Positions 25,289-32,000 of a stretch of DNA of 32,000 nucleotides are shown here, piece by piece. The stretch's first letter is position 1, and the number at the start of each line of letters is the position of its first letter. The position numbers were made by a program, and so were the translations under genes. This stretch comes from Deltaproteobacteria bacterium (GTDB taxonomy: Bacteria; Desulfobacterota; Dissulfuribacteria; Dissulfuribacterales; QOAL01), in NCBI GenBank assembly GCA_026985565.1, contig JALSQG010000095.1, positions 6,634 through 38,633 on the forward strand, written 5' to 3'. The notes below the pieces were generated by a model. It had not been told where the DNA came from. It did no database searches and saw only the letters and a program-made list of their open reading frames with translations.

Positions 25289-25777
25289 ATGAGAAACTTG
25301 GTAGTTTATTCATCAAAGACTGGTAATACCAAAAAACTTGCAGAGGCGATCTACGATTATCTTCCTAAGGAAAAAGAGATATATTCCATAGAAAAGGCAC
25401 CAGCGCCGGATGATTATACCTTTGTAGCCGTAGGTTTCAGGATCGAAAATGGGGCGCCTGACAAGGCAACACAAGAGTATCTCAAAAAGTTTATTGACGA
25501 AAAGGAACTTTTTCTTTTTGCAACCCACGCATCAAGTCCAGAATCAGAAGAGGTGAAAGAGGCCATGAATCTGGCCAAGGAACTGGCCAAAAGGGCAAGA
25601 ATAGTAGGAACTTTTGACTGTCTTGGCGAAGTTCCAGAAGATGTGCTTGCAGAGGCAAGGAAACAAGACCCTGTGCCCAAGTGGGTATTGGATGCAGAAA
25701 AGGCAAAAGGACATCCAAACGAAGAAGATATAGAAAGGCTAATAAAGCTATTAAACAGTCTTGATCTTCCTTTATAA
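25289..25777 (+). CDS. Flavodoxin family protein
   Basis: VVYSSKTGNTKKLAEAI is an FMN phosphate-binding loop (S/T-x-T-G-x-T). 162 aa. GGGGG SD upstream. Confidence 0.8.
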   Translation: MRNLVVYSSKTGNTKKLAEAIYDYLPKEKEIYSIEKAPAPDDYTFVAVGFRIENGAPDKATQEYLKKFIDEKELFLFATHASSPESEEVKEAMNLAKELAKRARIVGTFDCLGEVPEDVLAEARKQDPVPKWVLDAEKAKGHPNEEDIERLIKLLNSLDLPL

Positions 25778-25798
25778 GCGTACCGGTTCCTTCCATTT

Positions 25799-25827
25799 GC
25801 AGGAGGCACGTTTTTCGTGCCACCTGC
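25799..25827 (+). terminator. Possible terminator after the flavodoxin gene
   Basis: GCAGGAGGCACG-TTTTT-CGTGCCACCTGC with one A/A mismatch. The T-tract after it is weak. Confidence 0.4.
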
Positions 25828-25922
25828 TGTTAAATTACCCCTCCATCAATCTGTTTATGAACAGATACCTGCAACAGTTTCCTTATTCATAGATTTTATA
25901 TTGAATAATTAAGCTTTTTATC

Positions 25923-25950
25923 TTGAGTATGTTCAAAAAAGGTGTATATT
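25923..25950 (+). promoter_or_regulatory. Candidate sigma70-type promoter for cmk-marR
   Basis: TTGAGT (25923-25928), 16 nt spacer, TATATT (25945-25950), 40 nt upstream of the TTG start. Confidence 0.4.
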
Positions 25951-25989
25951 CTTGCTCCGCTAAAAAATTAGTCACTTGGAGCGAAACCT

Positions 25990-27120
25990 TTGATCATCAC
26001 CATAGATGGACCTGCTGGGGCTGGGAAAAGCACCGTTGCCAAAGAACTGGCCAACAGACTTGGATTTACATACCTTGACACAGGCGCCATGTATAGGGCA
26101 TGTGGTCTTTTCATGCTTGAACACGGTGTTCGCCTTGATGACGAAAAGGGCGTCTCGGCCCTTTTGGATCAGATTGACATTGGGATCGAAAATGGAAGGG
26201 TGCTTTTAAACGGCCAGGATGTATCTGAAAAGATAAGATCGCCTCAGATCGATCAGGCTGCGTCCCAAATTTCCAGGATTCCTTCTGTTAGACAAAAACT
26301 TACAGCCCTTCAAAGAAAAATAGCCCAAGGTAAAGATCTTGTTGCCGAAGGCCGCGATATGGGAACCGTAGTCTTTCCCAAGGCAGATCTAAAAATCTTT
26401 CTGACAGCCACTCCTGAGGAAAGGGCAGAGAGGAGAAAAAAACAACTTGATAAGGAAGGCAACATAATTTCATTTGATATTATATTGCAGCAAATCAAAA
26501 AACGTGATAAAGCAGATAGTGAAAGGGAAATTGCCCCACTTAAACCAGCAGATGATGCAGTTATGATCGATTCTACCAGGTTGTCTGCTGAACGTGTGGT
26601 GCAAGAGATAGTAAAACTTGTAAACAGACAGGAGAGAAAAATGGACAAAAACAAAGAGGCATCAGGATTTTCATTCAGTGTGGATAACTGCTTAGGCTTT
26701 ATTGCAAATCGTCTCGTCAAGGCCTTCTTGAAACTTCTTGACCACAAACTGGAAGACTTCAATCTGACTGGTGCCCAGTTTTGCGTTCTAACCAAGCTTT
26801 TCGAGGAAGAGGGCCTGACCCAGACACAGCTTGCCCAGAGACTTTACATAGAAAGCCCTACCCTTGTTAGAACCCTTGACAGGCTCGAGGAGGCAGGGCT
26901 GATTGAAAGAAGAAGGGTACCCTCTGACAGAAGGGCCTTTCATATTTTTCTAACTCCCAAAGGGCATGATCTCAAAGACATCCTGATGCAAAAAGGTAAC
27001 GAAGTGCATGACATAGCGGTAAAAGGCCTCGAAGAGAAAGAAATAGAGCTTTTAAAAGACCTTCTTTACCAGTTATGGAGAAACCTTGAAGATGGGGCAA
27101 AAGAAGCAAAAAATAAATAG
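25990..27120 (+). CDS. cmk: Cytidylate kinase fused in frame to a MarR-family winged-helix regulator
   Basis: N-terminus IITIDGPAGAGKSTVAKELA...LDTGAMYRA and GRDMGTVVFP indicate Cmk (aa 1-217). The C-terminus TGAQFCVLTKLFEEEGLTQTQLAQRLYIESPTLVRTLDRLEEAGLIERRRVPSDRRAFHIFLTPKG indicates MarR (aa 218-376). No stop separates them. An internal GGAG lies 6 nt before the ATG at 26641. TTG start with GGAG upstream. Confidence 0.85.
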   Translation: MIITIDGPAGAGKSTVAKELANRLGFTYLDTGAMYRACGLFMLEHGVRLDDEKGVSALLDQIDIGIENGRVLLNGQDVSEKIRSPQIDQAASQISRIPSVRQKLTALQRKIAQGKDLVAEGRDMGTVVFPKADLKIFLTATPEERAERRKKQLDKEGNIISFDIILQQIKKRDKADSEREIAPLKPADDAVMIDSTRLSAERVVQEIVKLVNRQERKMDKNKEASGFSFSVDNCLGFIANRLVKAFLKLLDHKLEDFNLTGAQFCVLTKLFEEEGLTQTQLAQRLYIESPTLVRTLDRLEEAGLIERRRVPSDRRAFHIFLTPKGHDLKDILMQKGNEVHDIAVKGLEEKEIELLKDLLYQLWRNLEDGAKEAKNK

Positions 27121-27129
27121 AAGATAGCA

Positions 27130-27510
27130 ATGCCGAGCCGCCTTTTTACATTTATTCTACTTTTTTGGGGATTACTCCTTTTTTCCAGCTGTTCCAGGCA
27201 GGGTGTAATCGTTAGTGCTGACCGTGAACGATTAAGCGATATGGAAGGATGCTTTCAACTACTCGGAACTTCTGTTGAAACTGGAGGCCCAATATTAAAA
27301 CGTCTTTGTACCCAAGATATAGAGCGAATCATCTCTTTTTCAAAACTTTCTGAGGACCACGGAGCAAAGGTTAGGGAGCTTGTCTGTGGCCCTAAGGCAA
27401 CGCCTGAAAAATTCAAGACGTTTTTTGAGTCTTTGCCCACCAGGGAAAGGACAAGGCTTATTAGAAGCTTTGAGATGTTCGGATACAATATTAATGGTTA
27501 TGGATGCTGA
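27130..27510 (+). CDS. Hypothetical small Cys-containing (lipo)protein
   Basis: The signal-like N-terminus LLFWGLLLFSSC could be a lipobox. Five Cys. No clear SD. It ends 3 nt before the convergent kinase stop. Confidence 0.4.
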   Translation: MPSRLFTFILLFWGLLLFSSCSRQGVIVSADRERLSDMEGCFQLLGTSVETGGPILKRLCTQDIERIISFSKLSEDHGAKVRELVCGPKATPEKFKTFFESLPTRERTRLIRSFEMFGYNINGYGC

Positions 27511-27513
27511 TTT

Positions 27514-29658
27514 TCACGTCCTAAACAGACTTGAAATGACCTCTAATATGTTGTCGAGCCGAAATGGCTTTGCAAGAAGGGCATCTATCCCCTTGGCTTT
27601 TAAATCCTTTTCTTTGAAAGACTCTCCCCAACCAGTCATTATGACAACGAAGGTCTCTGGGCTATACTCTTTTACCGTCTTGGCAATTTCCCAGCCACTG
27701 ATCCCGGGCATGCCAAGATCCGTAAGGACAAGATCAAAATGTTCCTTTTTAAAAACAGACAAGGCCTCTTTCGGGTCACTCATGACCTGGACCTCATGAC
27801 CTATATTTTTAAGCATAAGGCCAATTAGTTCAACGATCTGTTCCTCATCGTCTACGGCCATAATCCTCAGGCTGCTTGTATCACGTTCTTCGTCCGATTC
27901 TTCCTCCCTTTGCCCCTCATGATTCGTATTGGAAGAAGGAAGGGAAATAATAAAGGTGCTTCCGCAGCCCTTTTGGGATACAACATCTACCTTACCGCCA
28001 GCATTTGAGACAAGTCCATAGACGATGCTGAGCCCAAGACCGGAGCTCCCAGAATCTTTAGTTGAGAAATAAGGATCGAATATGTGAGGTATAACGTCGT
28101 CTTCCATGCCTGTGCCTGTATCTCTAACCTCTATGATGGCCCTTCCGTCTTTTTTATAGGATGTAATAAATATCTTACCTCCATGAGGCATGGCATCTAC
28201 GGCATTTATGATGAGATTTATGAGCACCTCTCTCAGCTCATAGGCAGCGATATTTGCAGTAAGGCTCCTGTCAAGCTCTGTCTCGATGGATATATAAATC
28301 CCTTTCTTCTCACATTCGTCTTTCCAAAGAGGTCTTGTAAATTGAACCGCCTCTTCTATAACCGCCCCCGTATCTATGGCCTGATTGTGAAGCTGACCGT
28401 TTTGCTTTCCTTTGACAAAGGCCTGGATTCGCTTGATTGTCTCTGCGCCATCATGCACACATTTTTCAATATTTTGAAGACGTTTTTTATGACGCTCATC
28501 CTCAAGCTCCATCTGCAGCAGCTCCACATTACCCAGTATGGCCATAAGGAGGTTATTGAAATCATGAGCTATACCCGCTGCCATGGACCCAAGCGCCCTA
28601 AGTTTTTCCTCTTTTATTCGCTGCTCAGAATCCTGTAAATGTTTCGAAAGATCGTGTACGAAAAGTACTCCTCCAAGTTTTTTCCCTTCTTTACTTTTAA
28701 CAGGATGATAGAAGAAGTCAGCAAGTACAGTAGTGCCATCAGGACGGACAAGCCGAATCTGTGAAATCTTTCTAAATTCATCAGATCTTGTAGCCTTGGT
28801 AAATTCCAGAAAAACAGAGGCGTCCATAAAGAATCGACCAAAGCCATAGTCTTTCAAAAAGGCTTCATCAATCTGCATAAGATTGCAAAGGGCAGGGTTT
28901 GCATGAATGATGGAACTATCAGCGTTTAGAAGGCATACACCCTGAGGTGCATTTTCCATTGCAGCCCTTAGATAGTTTAGTGACACCTCATGATCAATGT
29001 GCCCATTGGCTCTGTTATTACTTTCCACCAGGTTTTGAATGTAGAAATGTCCATCAGTGACCACATCAGCGCCTTTGTAGCCTTGCACAAGATGGGCAAT
29101 AACCTGAGAAATTATAATAAGATTTCTCTTGAGGCTGTTTGAAAAATCGATCTTTTGCGAAGAGCTGAGATTAAGTATTCCCTTTGATGAAACCGGCAAA
29201 CAGGCAAGGGAGCGCGGAATATTCTTGGCATTTTCTACAAGTGGAATCTCAATGCAGGAATCGTCATTTATAAAGATGGGCTGCTGAGAGTCGAACACTT
29301 CCCATGCAATACTTTTCCCTTTTTTAAAAAAAAGCCCCTTGTTAAACCTCCTGTCAAACTCCTTGACCTCATCTTTTACTATCTGGTTTATGCCAATTGC
29401 AGCTACAAGCTCAAGAATCTCTTTTTGTGGCCTGTAAAGGAGAAGAGACACATTTTCCATGTCTGTCTCTTGGGCAACTATCTTAACGATGGCCTTATAA
29501 AGCTCGTCTTCGCTTGAGACCGAAGAAGGGACCTCTATTAACCTGAGAACTATCCCCAAGGCCTTCATGTGAAGAAGCCTTTCCTGATCCATTTCAAGGA
29601 CAGCCGACTCCATCTCCTTGAAGTCTATTTCCCCATGAATATGGTTACGCTTAGACAT
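27514..29658 (-). CDS. Hybrid sensor histidine kinase (GAF - PAS - HisKA - HATPase_c - REC)
   Basis: H-box AAGIAHDFNNLLMAILGNVELL. ATPase boxes: INLIINAVDA, EVRDTGTGM, GSSGLGLSIV. C-terminal REC: RIMAVDDEE...DLVLTDLGMPGISG...VIMTGWG. Confidence 0.9.
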   Translation of the reverse strand: MSKRNHIHGEIDFKEMESAVLEMDQERLLHMKALGIVLRLIEVPSSVSSEDELYKAIVKIVAQETDMENVSLLLYRPQKEILELVAAIGINQIVKDEVKEFDRRFNKGLFFKKGKSIAWEVFDSQQPIFINDDSCIEIPLVENAKNIPRSLACLPVSSKGILNLSSSQKIDFSNSLKRNLIIISQVIAHLVQGYKGADVVTDGHFYIQNLVESNNRANGHIDHEVSLNYLRAAMENAPQGVCLLNADSSIIHANPALCNLMQIDEAFLKDYGFGRFFMDASVFLEFTKATRSDEFRKISQIRLVRPDGTTVLADFFYHPVKSKEGKKLGGVLFVHDLSKHLQDSEQRIKEEKLRALGSMAAGIAHDFNNLLMAILGNVELLQMELEDERHKKRLQNIEKCVHDGAETIKRIQAFVKGKQNGQLHNQAIDTGAVIEEAVQFTRPLWKDECEKKGIYISIETELDRSLTANIAAYELREVLINLIINAVDAMPHGGKIFITSYKKDGRAIIEVRDTGTGMEDDVIPHIFDPYFSTKDSGSSGLGLSIVYGLVSNAGGKVDVVSQKGCGSTFIISLPSSNTNHEGQREEESDEERDTSSLRIMAVDDEEQIVELIGLMLKNIGHEVQVMSDPKEALSVFKKEHFDLVLTDLGMPGISGWEIAKTVKEYSPETFVVIMTGWGESFKEKDLKAKGIDALLAKPFRLDNILEVISSLFRT

Positions 29659-29659
29659 A

Positions 29660-30535
29660 TCAACAATGCCCTATGACAATATCTGAAAGTGCCTCTACAT
29701 CGTCGTAAGATTCCTGAATTTTTCCCATTAAAAGATCTGTCTCGTCCAAATTGGTGCCAGCAAGCACCAGGATCTTTTGCCCAGGCATTTTAGGCTCTGG
29801 CAGCTGTTCTGCCTTTGCCTCAAGCGTTTTTGCAATGAAGGCAGAGATATTTACTGCGGCACACTCTCTTGAAAATACCCCCGATCTTAGTGGTTCGTGA
29901 TGATAGGCCAAGATATGGGCCATCTTTTCTGTAAGACCCCACCTTTTAGCCAACCTCTGCCCCCAAAAAGTATGGGTAAGCCCCTTGGCCCTTTCCACGT
30001 CCCAAGGCAATACCCCAAGTTTCTTTGCATTTAAATGAATAAGGTGGAACTCTTCAGGCATAACCTGAGCCATAACCAGCCTGCCAATATCATGAAGAAG
30101 GCCAAGAAGGTACAGCTCATCAGGGTCAAGGAAGGGTTTGTCTTTTGCAAGCTCCTTTGCACTCAGGGCTGTCAAAAGATTGTGAATCCAAAATCTTTTT
30201 AAATCAAAGCCCTTTGCCAAACTTACCCTGTGAAACTGATTGACAAGACATATGGCAAGAGACAGGTTTCTGACCTCATTTACACCGATCAACATGATGG
30301 CCTTTTCCAAGGTGTTCACCTTGCCTCTCAGGCCAAAATAGGCACTGTTTGCCACTTTCAAAAGCTGAGCGCACAAGGCGGCATCTGGCTCAACTATGGC
30401 GGTGATGCCCTCAAAGGTAAAATTCTTCTCTGCTATGGTACGAAAAAGATTCAAGATAATAGAACTTGGGACAGGGAAATATTTTATATCAAGAACCTTT
30501 TGCGAAAGGTCGGCTATTTGTGATTGGGCTTCCAT
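29660..30535 (-). CDS. HDOD domain signalling protein (second copy)
   Basis: VEPDAALCAQLLKVANSAYFGLRGKVNTLEKAIMLIG and GLLHDIGRLVMA. Its stop lies 1 nt before the hybrid kinase start. Confidence 0.85.
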   Translation of the reverse strand: MEAQSQIADLSQKVLDIKYFPVPSSIILNLFRTIAEKNFTFEGITAIVEPDAALCAQLLKVANSAYFGLRGKVNTLEKAIMLIGVNEVRNLSLAICLVNQFHRVSLAKGFDLKRFWIHNLLTALSAKELAKDKPFLDPDELYLLGLLHDIGRLVMAQVMPEEFHLIHLNAKKLGVLPWDVERAKGLTHTFWGQRLAKRWGLTEKMAHILAYHHEPLRSGVFSRECAAVNISAFIAKTLEAKAEQLPEPKMPGQKILVLAGTNLDETDLLMGKIQESYDDVEALSDIVIGHC

Positions 30536-30607
30536 CTATTCTCAGCCTTTAGAAACATTTTTTCTATTTATCGGCAGACAAGTAACCAAAGTGAAGAAAA
30601 AAGAATA

Positions 30608-32000
30608 TTATTCGCCGTTAGTAGATGCGCCTTTTGGTTCTTCTGTATTTGAGATTAATACAAGTTGCCTAAGAAGAAGATTTGGATCGCTATAGGTATA
30701 AGGTATTTGGAGAACGAGTTTCCTTAATCTTTCGTAACGTTTGGTATCAAGTATGAAAAATAAAACGGGCGTTTTTTTATGGATTGCAATAACTGCCTTA
30801 TCAAGGTCGACCCTTTGAATCTTGCGACCAAGGTAAAATGTGCACTCTTCGTCCCAAAACCCTGCATAATAAAGATCCCTCTTTCCAACTACATTCCTGA
30901 CATATTTGCAAAAAGGCCGGACATCTTTCCCCTTATAGATGGCAGGTCCAATCTGCGTACCAAACAAAAGGGTCACCAATCCGGTTAAAATCAGAAACGG
31001 AAACAGGCAGAAGGTAATCTCACGCTGTTTTCTTGTTTTCATAAGAAAATGGATACAAAAAAGACTTGAGATCAAAAGGACGAAAAAGGTCAAAAGATTT
31101 TCTTTCAATAAGAAAATCACGAAGATAGCAAGCTTTTCCCCTCCAAGTAAAATAGACAAATAGTGTGAGATGGCAAAGGTCCTGCCTGCATGAAGCATAG
31201 GCGTAAAAAGGCAGACGGTAATGCCTGAAAGAAAGGCTACCCCTGTCAAAAAATAAGTGATTATGGACAAAATGGTGTCACCTTTTTTTGTCCTTAGAAC
31301 ATAGACTGCGCAAAGATATGCCGCTGCAGGATAAAGAGGCAGTATGTAGTCGCTTCTCTTAGATGTAGCCAGGGTGAAAAAGACAAACACAAAGACAAAA
31401 TAGACAAAAAACAATCGTTCAGTAGCGCTCCTTTTTGCCCATGTCCTTAGTGTTGAAAAAAGGGCAAAGGGCGTTATTAGTGACCATGGAAAAAAACCTG
31501 TAAGAAAATAAACGAAGTATCTGGACAAAGGCGAGTGGTTAAACTCCTTGAAACCCCCTCCTGGAAAGAGGCTTGTAAACCTTGACAGGTTCTCTTCAAG
31601 GATGAATCGGTGGAAGAAGCGAAAGTCCGTCTTAATGGTTGCATAAATAAACCAGGGGAGACAAAAAATTAAAAAAATCAAAAAAATGGGAGATAAAAAA
31701 AGCTTCCTTAAAAGAAAAGGTTTTTTCTCTAATAAAAGAAATAGGGAGACTGGTACAAAAACCAAGATAGCGCCAACCGGCCCCTTAACCATCACAGCCA
31801 TTGCTGCAAAGAAAAAAAAGGCTGAAATCTCTCGGCCTTTGAAATAGGTATCGGGTGACTGCTCCCTGCCACAAAATCTCCATGCCTTGATGAAGAAAAA
31901 GATGCTTGTAAAACAAAGGAGGGAGAAAAAAAGGTCCATCCTTGCGATCTGACTCATCCAAATGATTTTCGGACAGGAAAGAAAGATTGTGGTAAGGAGG
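30608..32000 (-). CDS. Glycosyltransferase family 39 (ArnT/PMT-like) membrane protein, 5' end beyond the right edge
   Basis: Polytopic, Phe/Leu-rich protein. AMAVMVKGPVGAILVF resembles the ArnT-family KGP loop. The frame stays open from 31957 to the window edge (…LLTTIFLSCPKIIW-MSQIA…), so the true start is probably outside the window. Confidence 0.75.
   Translation of the reverse strand, partial: LLTTIFLSCPKIIWMSQIARMDLFFSLLCFTSIFFFIKAWRFCGREQSPDTYFKGREISAFFFFAAMAVMVKGPVGAILVFVPVSLFLLLEKKPFLLRKLFLSPIFLIFLIFCLPWFIYATIKTDFRFFHRFILEENLSRFTSLFPGGGFKEFNHSPLSRYFVYFLTGFFPWSLITPFALFSTLRTWAKRSATERLFFVYFVFVFVFFTLATSKRSDYILPLYPAAAYLCAVYVLRTKKGDTILSIITYFLTGVAFLSGITVCLFTPMLHAGRTFAISHYLSILLGGEKLAIFVIFLLKENLLTFFVLLISSLFCIHFLMKTRKQREITFCLFPFLILTGLVTLLFGTQIGPAIYKGKDVRPFCKYVRNVVGKRDLYYAGFWDEECTFYLGRKIQRVDLDKAVIAIHKKTPVLFFILDTKRYERLRKLVLQIPYTYSDPNLLLRQLVLISNTEEPKGASTNGE

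Noticed and set aside
25313-25823. Minus-strand ORFs antisense to the flavodoxin gene (25313-25528, 25414-25809, 25491-25823)
   Set aside because: The plus-strand frame carries the FMN-binding loop and an SD. The antisense ORFs have neither motifs nor an SD.
26310-26795. 161-aa minus-strand ORF
   Set aside because: It is antisense to cmk-marR, Ser/Leu-rich and has no signals.
28084-28638. 184-aa plus-strand ORF, and 28374-28565 / 28614-28847 (-)
   Set aside because: They overlap the hybrid histidine kinase, whose frame carries the H, N and G boxes.
1-32000. CRISPR arrays, tRNA/rRNA genes, IS elements, integrases, prophage or toxin-antitoxin pairs
   Set aside because: I scanned the intergenic regions and the ORF list. 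I found no regularly spaced direct repeats, no cloverleaf-like segments in gaps large enough to hold one, and no transposase, integrase or recombinase motifs.

Overview
Densely packed 32 kb chromosomal window from a Gram-negative anaerobe. The gene content (decaheme cytochrome, Tol system, sulfur-relay genes, many PAS/HDOD signalling proteins) fits a sulfur-cycling Desulfobacterota- or Nitrospirota-type organism, but the taxon cannot be fixed from sequence alone. I support about 35 protein genes. I found no rRNA, tRNA, CRISPR array, transposase or integrase. Most of the window is housekeeping: icd, nadK, cmk, tolB/ybgF, comF, GT9, M16 and M28 peptidases, PEBP, DksA/TraR. Five modules stand out. 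(1) At the left edge, a decaheme MtrA/DmsE-type cytochrome is followed 17 nt later by an edge-truncated MtrB/PioB-like outer-membrane barrel. Both lie next to the molybdenum-cofactor maturation genes mobB and fdhD, behind a structured leader that contains an intrinsic terminator. (2) A five-gene operon, YeeE/YedE - TusA - DsrE-like - two small conserved hypotheticals (17245-19850, minus strand), matches what I recall as the 'YTD' cluster linked to sulfur disproportionation. Its biochemistry is still unresolved, and I consider it the best candidate for an under-described system here. (3) A translationally coupled trio: atypical protein-kinase-like protein, ATP-type universal stress protein and a DUF99 (EndoV-like) protein. 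(4) An in-frame cytidylate kinase-MarR fusion ORF with an internal Shine-Dalgarno and ATG. (5) Two HDOD paralogs, each beside an unusual two-component protein: a REC-PAS-DHp protein with no ATPase domain, and a GAF-PAS hybrid kinase. All family assignments come from motif reading by eye. No database search was run.
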